From positions 181,660,001 to 181,724,000 of the forward strand of contig OX597814.1 in the NCBI GenBank assembly GCA_951406725.2: a stretch of 64,000 nucleotides of DNA, read 5' to 3'. Both the position numbers and the translations under genes were made by a program. The stretch's first letter is position 1, and each line of letters opens with the position of its first letter. The stretch comes from Octopus vulgaris (lineage: Eukaryota). A model generated the notes under the pieces. That model did not search any database. It saw only the letters and a list, made by a program, of their open reading frames with translations, and was not told the origin of the DNA. Of this stretch, positions 1 to 12,058 are shown one piece after another.

Positions 1-54
1 ATGAAGGTTTTAAGAGTTGTGATATTTATGCCTTTAACCCCTTCGTTACTCTAA

Positions 55-335
55 TGGTCTCTTTTGCCGAACTGCTAAGTTACAGGGACGTAAACACACC
101 AGCATCGGTTGTCAAGCGATGGGGGGACAAACACAGACACACAAACATATAGACACACATATACATATATACGATGGGCTTCTTTCAGTTTCCGTCTACC
201 AAATCCACTCACAAGGCTTTGGTTGGCCTGAGGCTATAGTAGAAGACACTTGCCCAAGATGCCACGTAGTAGGACTGAACCCAGAACCATGTGGTTCATA
301 AGCAAGCTACTTACGACACAGCCACTCCTACGCCA
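55..335 (-). mobile_element. tRNA-derived CORE-like SINE (3'-truncated)
   Basis: Minus strand: GAGTGGCTGTGT A-box-like head, GGTTCAGTCC B-box, CTTGGGCAAGTGTCTTCTACTATAGCCTC core; many copies in window. Confidence 0.8.
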
Positions 336-480
336 CTCTCTATTATTTTAATTTTAAATATCTCTATTCTTTACCACTTTTGAAATGAAGCCTGATAGAG
401 TCTTGCTGGACTATAAATTTGCTGTAGAGTGATAATATATGTTTGATAGAATGGTCAAGCTAACAGTTCATTAAAATTTG

Positions 481-516
<36 letters not shown>

Positions 517-518
<2 letters not shown>

Positions 519-728
519 GTAAATGTAATATGTGACAATTATTCGGTAGCCATTTTTCCGATGGCCAGATAACTGAAGAGATGGCGGTGTGGATTTCCAC
601 CTCAGCATCCAAAACTCGGAGTTTTATCATGGCTAACAAATAATTGTCACATATTACATTTACAGATAAATTCCTCTATTTACATAATATCGAGGTCTCT
701 TTCATTCTTTTGTTGTCTTACCATTTTT
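517..728 (+). mobile_element. (TA)n-flanked fold-back element with decayed hammerhead motif (PLE-type tail)
   Basis: Inverted arms ~517-553 and ~629-666 enclose GATAA-CTGAAGA-GATG...CATCC-aAAA-CTCGGAG-TT-TTATC (568-628). Confidence 0.6.
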
Positions 729-784
729 ATCTATCTATCTATATATATATATATATATATATATCAAAATAAGTGATGTTAGTC

Positions 785-1455
785 GAGGAAATTGAACCTA
801 AGACATTCTATCAGTCTCTTTTGCCAAACCACTAAGTTAGGGGATATAAACACACCAGCATCAGTTAAGCGATGGTGGACACACACACAAATATATACAT
901 ATATATACATACAACGGGCTTCTTTTAGTTTCCATCTACCAAATCCACTCACAAGACATTGGTTGACGCAAAGCTATAGTAGAAGACATTTGTCCAAGAT
1001 GCAACACAGTGGGATTGAACCCAGAACCATGTGGTTGGGAAGCAAGTTTCTTACCACACAACCACGCCCATACCTAAAGTCATACGCCTGCAGTCATTAG
1101 ACTGTGGCCATGCTGGGGCACCACCTTGAATTTTTAGTTAAATGAATCAACCCCAGTGCTTTTTTTTTAAGAAGTGGTACTTATTCTATTGTTCTCTTTT
1201 GCCAAAATGCTAAGTAATGGGGACACAAACACACTGTCAAGTGGTGATAGGGGGAACAAACACAGACACAAACACATAAGTATCTATATACATATGACAG
1301 GCTTCTTTCAGTTCCCGTAAACCAAACCCACTCGCAAGGCTTTGGTCAGCCTGAGGCTATAGTAGAAGACACTTGCCCGTCATGCCACATAGTGGGACTG
1401 AACCCAGAACCATGTGGTTGAGAAGCAAGCTTCTTACCATACAGCCACGCCTGCA
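785..1455 (-). mobile_element. Two tandem CORE-like SINE copies
   Basis: Same head, core and tail motifs as 55-335 at ~785-1070 and ~1090-1455. Confidence 0.8.
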
Positions 1456-1532
1456 CATGTATGCCTGTGGGTGTATATATACACACTTAGTAATTGGACT
1501 ATGGCTATGCTGGAAGAATAAGTTTTGTTTAC

Positions 1533-1630
1533 CTCTAAGTCAACCATCTCTTTAGGCGGAGGAGCTTTTGGTGTCACACCAGTGACATCCATTTTTATTC
1601 CATCGATGGTCATTTCCTTTTCAATATACC
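1533..1630 (-). CDS. ATP6V0A1: V-ATPase subunit a, third coding exon (98 bp); gene continues beyond position 1
   Basis: tttag|GGTATATTGAAAAG...TTAGAG|gtaaac; completes the split Arg codon and reads RYIEKEMTIDGIKMDVTGVTPKAPPPKEMVDLE, like subunit a's R-F-x-EKE...P-x-P-R-DMIDLE. Confidence 0.94.
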
Positions 1631-1976
1631 CTAAATGTTATGAGAAAAAGGATAATTGAAAGAATTTAGTGATTTGATAATCAGATAAACAAACAGAATC
1701 TAAAATACAATGAACAAAATAAATACATTAAAGCTGATAATTGTTTATCAAACTATTTCTTCATCCTGAATTGGATCAGTAGCCTCCAATCGCCTTCAGG
1801 TGAGTATCACCTGAAAAATGATTGGAGGATTACCAGTAGATACTTGGAGTCAATAACGGATCCAAAATGAAGAAATAAAATCACCTCAGACAAAATACAT
1901 ACATTTTAAAGCTATTTATAACAAAATATAAAAAAACAAATAAAGTAAGAATAAACAATATAATTTGATTACATAC

Positions 1977-2055
1977 TCATTTTCCTTTCCATTTCCTCAC
2001 ACCTCCTGACTTCACTAACAAATTTTCTCTGGAAAGCATTAACATCTGGATTTAG
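1977..2055 (-). CDS. ATP6V0A1: V-ATPase subunit a, second coding exon (79 bp)
   Basis: ttctag|CTAAATCCAGATGTT...ATGA|gtatgt; translates LNPDVNAFQRKFVSEVRRCEEMERKM plus 1 nt, in frame with the previous exon. Not in the ORF track. Confidence 0.96.
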
Positions 2056-2179
2056 CTAGAATTGAAATCAATTATACATAATTAGAATGAAGGAAATTGC
2101 TAAAATTCAAAAACTGAAATATAAAATATTTGAATATACCAAATATACAGAGCTTAAATTAAAATTTGTAGAAGTTCTA

Positions 2180-2419
2180 GCACAATTAGAAAAGACACAC
2201 CAAATGTAGCAAAAAGTGCTTTACAGTGGAATCCGGATGGATATAGAAAGAAAGGTAGGGCTAAGAACTCATGGCGTAGATCAACACAGAAGGAACTAGA
2301 GAAAGGGGGACATTCATGGCAGAGTATATGTACAGAAGCCAAAAATTATGTGACATGGAATTCAACTATAAGTGGCCTATACTCCGCGTTGGAGGGTTAA
2401 AGGCAGGAAAAAAAAAAAA
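2180..2419 (+). mobile_element. 5'-truncated RTE-type LINE 3' end with poly(A) and 10-bp TSD
   Basis: Reads ...ALQWNPDGYRKKGRAKNSWRRS...W..I..EAKN...W...SGLYS*, then poly(A); TSD AGAAGTTCTA at 2170-2179 and 2420-2429. Confidence 0.8.
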
Positions 2420-2841
2420 AGAAGTTCTAAATATATCTTAATTCCATATTTTGTGAAATGTATCTCAATTATATTTATTTCATATCATTTTGTTGACAAT
2501 AGTGCCATTGGTTATATGTTTTCCAGGGGTCCAACCAATAGATTGCAGCATCACAGCACCCTGATATGATGTGGAGCAGTAATTTTGTTTTTGCCTTCTT
2601 TCTCACTACCTATTCCTTGCATAGTTGAATGAACAAATGCCAAATAGGTGAAACAAAATGGAAGCACACACTGTACTAACAAAATAAGGAACTATCTATG
2701 TAGCTTAAGCAGAACGTCTATCACAAGGGGCTTCTGTCAAAAGGATTTGGTTTATCAGTTTTCTTGTCACCTTTTATTTGCCAAATTACACATGTGCATC
2801 TTCAAGCATACTTGAAATAAAATGTGTGGAATATATTAAAA

Positions 2842-3071
2842 GGCGACGAGCAGGCAGAATTGTTAGCACGCTGGGCGAAATGCTTCGTGGTATTTCGTCT
2901 GCTGATACGTTCTGAATTCAAATTCCGCCGAGGTTGACTTTGCCTTTCATCCTTTCGGGGTCAATATATTAAGTACCAGTTACGCACTGGGGTCAATGTA
3001 ATCGACTTAATTCGTTTGCCTGTCCTTGTTGTCCCATCTATGTTTAGCCCCTTGTGGGCAATAAAGAAATA
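2842..3071 (+). mobile_element. tRNA-derived MetaSINE-like element
   Basis: GGCGACGAGCAGGCAGAA head, TTCAAATTCC B-box, GACTTTGCCTTTCATCCTTTCGGGGTC Meta-like domain, AATAAAGAAATA tail. Confidence 0.8.
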
Positions 3072-3536
3072 AGGAATATATTAAAAGTACTGTTAATACA
3101 AGTAAACGATATAAGCCATGCAGTGCATATTTTTCTATAATTTATATTGGTAAATTATATATTTCTATGACAGATTGTTTACACAGCTCATAGCTGATAT
3201 TTCAGCATGCAATACCCTAGTGAAAGCTTGAAAAATGGCAACAACAAAGTAATTATGGAACTACATATATTCTCGGGTTATCACTTGGCCACAGCACCTA
3301 CTTCATCTGGCATGCTCCCTAGAGAATAAATCTTTAAACAGCTTTCCCTTCAAAGATCTATTAGTAACAGATGATTTCATCTTCTGATGCATTACTAGAT
3401 TACCCTGATCTGAAGTGAAGCAGTAAGTTTGTTTTCACCAACTTTTTCTCTTCCTGCTCTTAGCAGAACTGAATGAACAAATGTGTATAGTTGAAACAAA
3501 ATGTATAGAGCACATTATAATCAAAATTATACGGTA

Positions 3537-3888
3537 CTAGCACTATGACCCAGCAACGCCGGGTCATAGTGCTAATGCATGCATGCACACATACACGCGA
3601 GTACTGTCCAAATCTCCAATCAATCACATGCAGCAAGCTGGCATTCAATTGGTGTATCAAGTTTCCGGCATATTGATTGGGTTTTGGATAGAAGATTAAA
3701 AAAAAGTCACTTCTATTGATTTTTTTTATGGCTTTGCGGGGTGACTGGGGAAATGTAAAGATGTGCACGACCACCCTTGGACGGTTTTAAATGACCATAG
3801 AAAGTGCGAGCCCTCTAACTGAAAAATTGTGGATTTGTATAAGGGACACACACACAGACAGACATTTTGCCGTTTATATATAGAGAGA
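3537..3888 (-). mobile_element. Non-autonomous Helitron
   Basis: Minus strand starts A|TC(TC)TATATATA, ends with a GC hairpin (TGACCC-GCAACG-GGGTCA) and CTAG|T. Confidence 0.75.
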
Positions 3889-4649
3889 TAATTTTCATAT
3901 TTCTTTTAATTGTACTAATAGTACTTCTAATGTACTTCATGCATTTACTCTTCCAGACAAAAAGCAGAGATTAAGAAGAAGGGAAAACAAAATTAGTTAA
4001 CACATCGCATCAAAATGGTTTGAGATTTTGATGAAATTGTCATTCTGCACTAGAAGGGGAAGTCATGATACCAGTAGTTTTCAAACTGAAAGCCATTTAA
4101 AGATTTCATTTCAAGGAGGTTCGCTGGATGAAGAGAAGGCAATGGATTTAATGACAGAGTAACATCCTAAGAACGTCTGAAGTTCAATCATAAATTTTTT
4201 GTTTTGATTCGTTTTTCAAGCTTTGAATGAGATATTTAATAACGACAGCTACAGGCTATACAACAATTCATTACAGAAAATATATTTTAATTGTAAAAAC
4301 AATACTATAAGTATGGTTTCCTTATTCCATTTACATTACACATAATTTAAGCAAAAATAACTAAGGGAAATAACTCAGAGTGGCCAGAGATGTATTTGAA
4401 CATGGACAAATACAGGTATATCAAATGCCATACAACATAAATTGTATGCACTCTTCGAACAAATGATGTCATTTGTTTACAATCTTCCACAAAAGTATGT
4501 CTCAGCTGTTTTTTGTTTGATATTACCATGCTGCAAGACAGGTAATGTAAGCAACAAGAAGCCACAGAAAAATCTATGGTAACAAAGTTATCATCTGAGC
4601 CATACAAGCATGGAAAAGTGGACATTAAAACAATGATAATGATTATGAT

Positions 4650-5525
4650 GATCATCATCATCATCGTTTAACATCCGTTTTCTGTGCTAGCACGGGTTGG
4701 ACGGTTCGACCGGGGTCTGGGAAGCCAGGAGGTTGCACCAGGTTCCAGTCTGATCTGGCAGTGTTTCTACAGTTGGATGCCCTTCCTAACGCCAACCACT
4801 CCATGAGTGTAGTGGGTGCTTTTTACGTGCCAGGGAAAGCTGGCAGTGGCCACGATCGGTTGGTGCTTTTTACGTGCCACTGGCATAGAAGCCAGTCAAG
4901 GCAGCGCTGGCATCGGCCACGTTCGGATGGTGCTTTTTACGTGCCACCAGCACCGGTATCACAACAACAATTTCCATCATTTGATATTTATTTTGATGAG
5001 ACTCAAAATTTTCCACCAGTGTTCCAGACATTCAATCATTGGAACTATTTATTCCTTGATTTCAAGTAAAAGAGGATGAGTATTTTACAAATATTTGTAT
5101 CTTCAATGTACCTTTCAGATGAAATAGATGTGACACGAGTGTGACAAGGTTGGTCCTTTGAATTACAGGTAGAGTCCATCTAACAGTCTTCATCTACCCA
5201 AAGGCTCAGTGTGACCTTGAAATTATAATAAATAACCCTTGTCGAAATTGATGAACAGAAGAATTAAACATGGAACTACGCAATTGCAAAGTGAACATAA
5301 TATTATCCATCAGTACCGCCTGACTGGCCCTCGTGCAGGTGGCATGTAAACACACCCACTACACTCTCGGAGTGATTGGCGTCAGGAAGGGCATTCAGCT
5401 ATAGAAACTCTGCCAGATCAGACTGGAGTCTGGTGCAGCCATCTGGTTCGCCAGACCTCAGTTAAATCATCCAACCCATGCTAGCATGGAAAGTGGACGT
5501 TAAACAACAATGATGATGATGATGA
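4650..5525. mobile_element. Two RTE-LINE 3'-tail copies in opposite orientation (4650-4965 minus, 5310-5525 plus)
   Basis: AAAAGCACCCACTACACTC...GGAAGGGCATCCAGCTGTAGAAA...AACCCATGCTAGCATGGAAA..GGACGTTAAA(GAT)n; the same tail follows RT-coding sequence at 54440-55340. Confidence 0.8.
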
Positions 5526-5828
5526 CCACAGATGCATATAAGCATTTCTTGTCTATCGCTATAGAATCCCAGTGTATATGTAATGTTCACAAAATCCCAG
5601 AGATACTAATATGTGCCCTACTTGCTACATTGTGAAATCCCAGATATGCTTATGAGCATCTGCTAACTGTCTATTTAGGATTTTATAGCTACAGGTAAGA
5701 GATGCTTATATGTGTCTATGGTATGGTTAGTGTTAACCTTTCAGACTTGCTTTCCCAACAGCAGATACTAAAAAAGCAAAAGAACAAATTTTTTTTTTTA
5801 AAGTGAGAGAGAGGATTTTTCTACTTAC

Positions 5829-5942
5829 ATCACGAAATTGAACCATACCAAGTTCTCCTAATTCAGCGACAACAGGGTAGGCTGCTTCAGACTGTAAAAA
5901 CAGTTGACATAATGTCATCTCTTCGCTCCGAAATATAGACAT
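5829..5942 (-). CDS. ATP6V0A1: V-type proton ATPase V0 subunit a (116 kDa), first coding exon
   Basis: Translates [38 protein letters not shown], the conserved subunit-a N-terminus. Phase-0 donor GAT|gtaagt at 5828; acceptor ttctttcag puts the exon start at 6002 (60 nt of UTR). Paralog number is by similarity only. Confidence 0.96.
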
Positions 5943-6049
5943 TATGGGAGCTTGTCTTTGACTCCTTTAGATTCAGCAATTTATAAAAACACCAAATGGA
6001 TACTGAAAGAAAAAAAAATAGAAAAAAATTATCAATTTAAAATTTTTTT

Positions 6050-6410
6050 TTACTTGTTTCAGTCATTTGACTGTAGCCATGCTGTAGCACTGCCTTACAG
6101 GCTTTCAGTCGAAAAAAATCAGCCCCAGGACTTATTCTTTGTAAGCCTAGTATTTATTCTATTGGTCTCTTTAGCCAAACCGCTAGGACATAAACACACC
6201 AACATTGGTTGTCTAGCAATGGTGGAAGGGACAAACACACACACACACACACGACAGGCTTCTTTCAGTTTCCATCTATCAAATCCACTCGCAAGGCTTT
6301 GGTTGGCCTGAGGCTATAGAAGACACTTGCCCAAAATCTCGCACAGTGAGACTGAACCCAGAACCATGTGGTTGGGAAGCAAGCTTCTTACCACATAGCC
6401 ACACCTGCAT
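6050..6410 (-). mobile_element. CORE-like SINE
   Basis: Full head-to-tail match to the family. Confidence 0.8.
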
Positions 6411-6884
6411 ATTAGTTCAAGTCTTTAAAATTAGGTGAAAAAAAAAATTTCTTATATTTTAAGTTCCTCAAAAAAGAAGGTTGTAGTATTCTTGCCTTTT
6501 CATCAGACATATTAGCAAAACAAGAAGAAAAATTGTTAATGGGATTTGTTTCACCAAAATTATTTCTAAACATCATCCCTTTTATTACCATAATTAGTGG
6601 CTGAATTGTTCCAGCATAAGCTAAATTGTCTTGCAATGTTTGTTAAGGATCTTTATGGGTCAAATCCCACTAAAGTCAACTTTGCTTTCATGTCTCTTTT
6701 TTTAATCTAATTTTAATGATTGAAGTAATATTTTGAAATTGTTATTTATGAACAGAGAGGACATTTTGCCAGCTTAATATGAGGCCAAAATAATTTTAAA
6801 GGAAGACTGTTTACCAACACTTTTGAAACAATAATTTTGCAAATAGCATCATGTGATGAAGAAAAATGGATGACAAGAGAAAGT

Positions 6885-7520
6885 ATACTATCTATCTGTG
6901 GCTTTATATAGCTATGGTGCGACCTCACCTGGAATTTGCATCACCGGTCTAGAACCCCTGTCTTGCTCAGGATATTAATTGTCTGGAAACCGTTCAGCAA
7001 TGTGCAGCCAAGAGAATACCCTCCATTAGGCATTTGCCATATTCTGAACGCCTTACTTCCCTGGGTATGGACACATTGAAACTCCGACGTCTGACAGCTG
7101 ACTTGGCAGACACCCATAAAATTATTAACCATCTTACAAACAATAACTCTGAGCACCTTTTCAAACTCCATCTGTCTAACACCCATGGACATGTTTACAA
7201 AGTCAGAAAACAGCACAGCTCCCATGACTTTTGGAAACATTTTTTCACGCTGAGAGTTGCTAAAGCATGGAACAGACTGCCGGCATCAGTTGTTAGTTGT
7301 CGGAGCACTGCATTCTTCAAAACTTCCATGCTTCCTGAGATTCGCCAACACTGCACCTGATTTTCTCCCCTCCATACATACGCAAGCATGTATCTGACTC
7401 ATACACTGTTCACTTTCCAGACATTTGTACATTACTGCATATGCTTTATACGCACTTACTGATAAGTTGTGGTGCACCTGAGCACTGTATACAATAATTT
7501 CATTATTATTACTATTATAA
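6885..7520 (+). mobile_element. CR1/L2-type LINE 3' fragment
   Basis: VRPHLEFASPV..P...LPYSERLTSLGMDTLKLRRLTADL...FFTLRVAKAWNRLP, then 3' UTR and (ATT)n tail. Confidence 0.85.
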
Positions 7521-8229
7521 TATTTTATAAAGAGGCAGAGAACCACTCCTTTGTACTTATGTGTTCAAAGTTAAAAAAATGGAAAGACTTCAGTGATAAT
7601 TGCCCAGTTGCTACTATCACCGTTGATAGTAGCTGAAGCAACAACAGCAGCAGCACCCTCAATAATACTGCCACCACCACTACTACTCTTGCTACTAGTA
7701 ACAAGTCAATAATCTGAGCCATGGATTATATGGAAGCCAGGATGGACAGGAAAAAGTATAATTGCATCTAGTACCAATAGCAAGCACTGTGGACACCAGT
7801 ACCCAAATGCATGTTATAATGGAAGGTAGAAGGCTCTGGTATTATACATATAACACCAACTGATGAGAACTTTCTGTCCATGACAGAAGGCAAGACAGCA
7901 AGGATCCCCAATGCTATTGACATTGTCACAAAAATGGCAGACTTATGAACATATGTCAAATATGCACATATATGCAGATACATGTACATAAGTGTGCTGA
8001 CCTATATGCATATATATCTGCATATGCACATTTATATCAACATCATTTAACATCCATTTGTCCATGCTGGCACAGGGCCACATTGTGCTCCAGTGTCAGC
8101 TTTGACGAGAATGTTCTTTTTAATGTACCAGGCACTTTTTCATACCACTGGCAGTAGTGAGATCACAACTAAGTGGGAAGTTGGTTTGAGAGGGTGAGGT
8201 GAATTTGTGTCAGCTGTTGAAAGGCTGAA

Positions 8230-8577
8230 GTATTATAATAATAATGAAATTATTGTATACAGTGCTCAGGTGCACCACAACTTGTCAAAAAGTGTGTATA
8301 AAACATATGCAGTAATGTACAAATGACTGGAAAGTGAACAGTGTATGAGTCAGATACATGCTTGCGTGTGTATGGAGAGGAGAAAATCAGGTGTAGTGTT
8401 GGCGAATCTCAGGAAGCATGGAAGTTTTGAAGGATGCAGTGCTCCGACAATTAACTGATGACAGCAGTTTGTTCCATGCTTCAGCAAATCTTAGCGTGAA
8501 AAAATGTTTCCGAAAGTCATGGGAGCTGTGCTGTTTTCTGACTTTGTAAACACTTCCATGGGTGTTAGACACGGGTG
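8230..8577 (-). mobile_element. CR1/L2-type LINE 3' end, second copy, inverted relative to 6885-7520
   Basis: SNTHGSVYKVRKQHSSHDFRKHFFTLRFAEAWNKL and the same 3' UTR. Confidence 0.85.
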
Positions 8578-9630
8578 TTATAAAGGGACAAATTTAATTG
8601 TCTTGATATAGAGGAGATATAGAGCTACTCTGGATTATATAAAACGGTGGGTGAGAAGAGCTGAAAGGAAGTCAAAGATGGCGGTGATGAGGAGTGTCAG
8701 AGCAAACACTCATGATATAAGATTGTGAGTATAAGGGAGAATATGGAAAGAGGACTGGGAAAGGTGGGTGGGTAAGTTCATAAGACCATGAAAGGATAGT
8801 GGCTGATGATTAGAGATAGAGGTAGCAGTGAATGCAGAGAATGATAAATAAAGGTGGGGGTGTAGTTGATGATAAATATCAGTATGGGAGGGGGTGGAAG
8901 ATGTAGGAATGGCTCTGGTTGGAGATGACAGGAAGGATGAAGACCAGCAGTATAAACCTGTAGATAGATCAGAAAATAGGGAAATGTACAAGGTGGGAGG
9001 TGGAAGGAGAGAGAGATATACAGTGACAGAGATAGAGGTCAGAAGTATCTAGAGGTGACTTTAGAGAGTAGAGGATGAAAGGAGCTGCTGGTGGCAGATA
9101 TGAAAGTATGTTGAGAAAGATAGCAGATATGAGAGGGTGTTAAAGATGAAATGTGAAAGTCCAAAAATGTAGCTCAGAGGAGGAGGATATATAACAGGAA
9201 GCACAGAAAGTATTTATTTGTGGAAATATAGAGTGGGAAGGGACGATCTTCAGAATGATTGAGGGATTTTATAAGGAAGTGGTTCCAGGGAGAAGCTGAG
9301 GTAATTGTTAGCACAAAATATATGTAGAGATTCTAGTCTTGTATGATCACAGCAGCTAAATAGTACCAAAGTTAGCAGCATGAAAGAGGAATGGATACTA
9401 CAAATGTGAGAAATGGGGAAGGTTTGACAGTGGTCAAATTGGATGCAGGGGTAGGACCCAGTGAGTATATAGACATAAAATAATACATTTAGGACCACAC
9501 TTTTGCTGTGACAGATGGGTCTTCTTGAGCAGAGGAAATCACCAATCATCTCAATCTTTTGTCACCTCCTGTGAGGCTTAACATCTTGAGATCAGCCTTC
9601 ACTACTTCATCCTGTTTTTCCGAGCCTCCC

Positions 9631-9675
<45 letters not shown>

Positions 9676-9679
9676 TATA

Positions 9680-9960
9680 TAGGGAGAATTCACAAAAAAA
9701 AACAAAAGACAAAGACAGGTGGTGTAGATAACAAACAGCTCTATTAGTTTAACACTCGGAAAGTGAAAAAGTCTTTAACGTTTTGAGCCTATGCTCTTCC
9801 ACAGAAAGGAACACAGAAAGAAACAAGGAGAGAAAATAAAGAATGTGTAGTGGCTAGTGATCTATCATGGTGAATGCCAGACAGAAGGGTTACACAGGAG
9901 AGCTAGGGAGGAGGGGAGATGATAAAGTAATGTAATAAAGTAGTGGTGATCCCAAAATGA
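9680..9960 (-). mobile_element. Microsatellite-flanked element with variant hammerhead motif (same family as 17330-17545)
   Basis: Minus 9808-9773: CTTT-CTGTGGA-A-GAGC-ATAG-GCTC-aAAA-CG-TT-AAAG. Confidence 0.6.
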
Positions 9961-9997
9961 AGTCGTGCGTGTATGTGCATAAGAGAGTTTGTATGTA

Positions 9998-10059
<62 letters not shown>

Positions 10060-10063
<4 letters not shown>

Positions 10064-10445
10064 GTCATGGCTGTGTGTTTAAGAAGTTTGCTTCCCAATT
10101 AAGTGGCTTTTGGGTTCCGTCCTACTGTGTGACACCTTGTGTAAGTGTCTTCTATTACAGCTTCAGGCCAAGAAAAGCCTTATGAATCGATTTGGTAGAT
10201 GGAAAATGGAAGAAGCCTATCACGTGGAGGGGGAGGTCTTTGTCCTCCACCACCTGTTGATACCTGGTGTTGGTATGTTTATGTCCCTGTAACTTAGCAG
10301 TTCAACAAAAAGAGACCAATAGAATAAGTACAAGGCTTAATAAAATATAAGTACTGGGGTTGTTTCATTTGACTAAAAAATTCTTCAAGATGGTGCTCTA
10401 GCATGGCCTCTGTCTAATGACTGAAAGAAGTAAAAGATAAAAGAT
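10060..10445 (+). mobile_element. CORE-like SINE (diverged)
   Basis: Head CATGGCTGTGTGTTTAAGAAG, core and tail GACTGAAAGAAGTAAAAG. Confidence 0.75.
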
Positions 10446-11574
10446 ACGCATGTGTCTGTCTATGTGCATATATTATTGTATCTCTTTGACAATGCACAAT
10501 AGTTATAAGTAAGCAGGATTGTCATACAAACTGTGTCTATTTCTAGTCCTCTGGGAAAACACATCAGGCTGTGTAGAAGTATTATCTTGCTCAGAAAGAA
10601 GTGAGGTTTGTTGACAGGAAGTGACCTAACTATAAAAAAGTCAGCCTCAACAAATTCCATTTGACCCATACGAACATGTAAAAGAGGCCTTAACTCCATG
10701 ACAACCAAGCAACTAGGTTGCATTGACAGTAATCATTTCGGCTGAGATCAGCAATTAGAGCATGACAATGGGTTGGTGCATATTTACATCAACCACTTTA
10801 ACAGTTTAAAGTGGTGATTCATTCAGTTGCCTGCACACAGTAACAGTAATTGTGTCAAGCGAGGTCCGCGCTCAGTGCAAGATAACAGCCAGAGTATATT
10901 TACGTCCACCACTTTAGTGCAAGTACTGTTCATTTACCTAAACTATATGCCTGTGCAGGACGTTCATGCAATATGGGAGAGCAGAAGGAGAGAGAGATGT
11001 ACAGTGACAGAGATAGAGGTCAGAAGTATCTAGAGGTGGCTTTAGAGAGTAGAGGATGAAAGGAGCTGCTGGTGGCAGATATGAAAGTATGTTGAGAAAG
11101 ATAGCAGATATGAGAGGGTGTTAAAAATGAAATGTGAAAGTCCAAAGATGTAGCTCAGAGGAGGAGGATATATAACAGGAAGCACAGAAAGTATTTATTA
11201 GTGGAAATATAGAGTGGGAAGGGATGATCTTCAGACAGGGAGCGGCTGAGGTAATTGTTAGAACAAAATATATGTAGAGATTCTAGTCTTATATGATCAC
11301 AGCAGCTAAATAGTACCAAAGTTCATGTATTTAGAATCACGTGAATTCAAAAACTGACTTTAGTGTGGTCAAGTCCAAAACAGAGTACCACACACAGTGG
11401 TATATCACATTGTGAACAATGGTATCTATCAGGTCATTAAGAATGAAATGTTCAATTTTCTTATGCACCAAATTTGACAGTTGTTGACTCTGTTTTATCA
11501 TGACAATTCTTTGTTTTACAACATTGGAAAGTTACATCACTTTTCGAAACGCAATTCATAGTGTCTGATTATAT

Positions 11575-12058
11575 ATTTTTGTGAACCCAAGAAGAGATCA
11601 AAAATCCATGTTGTTTATGAATATAAGTTCTGTCATGGAACCAATGCATCCCAGACAGTTTGAAATCTCAATGAGGTGTTTGGTGAAGATGTGGCAAATG
11701 AGCGCACTGTACACTGATGGTTTGAGAAGTTCCAGTCTGGTGACTTTACTCTTGGAAAGCAGCCCTGTGGTAGACCCGAGACAAAGGTGGATAATGAGGA
11801 GCTGGAAACTGTAATGGAAGTAGATACATCTCAAACAACACATGAGTTAGCAGCAAGGTTTGATATTTTGATTCCAACTGTATTGGACCATCTGAAACAA
11901 ATCAGCAAGGTAAAGAAGCTGAACAAGTGGGTACCACAAGAACTGAAAGAGCATCAAATGACACGTCATCTTGAAACTTGCTGTTCTTTGCAGTCACAGC
12001 ATAAAAGTGAACCATTTTTCCATCGTATTGTTATGTGTGAGGAAAAATGGTTCTTTTC
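11575..12058 (+). mobile_element. Mariner transposase remnant (N-terminal half)
   Basis: QTTHELAARF...LKQISKVKKLNKWVPQELKEHQ...FFHRIVMCEEKW (WVP motif, first catalytic region); frameshifted. Confidence 0.85.

Larger units (their letters stand above)
9008..11325. repeat. Direct ~340-bp duplication of a purine-rich segment (9008-9373 and 10990-11323)
   Basis: Near-identical ACAGTGACAGAGATAGAGGTCAGAAGTATCTAGAGG...TAGTACCAAAGTT; the second copy has a ~30-bp deletion. Confidence 0.85.

Noticed and set aside
5733-5828. C-terminal part of ORF 5733..5942
   Set aside because: Read-through into the intron after the gtaagt donor.
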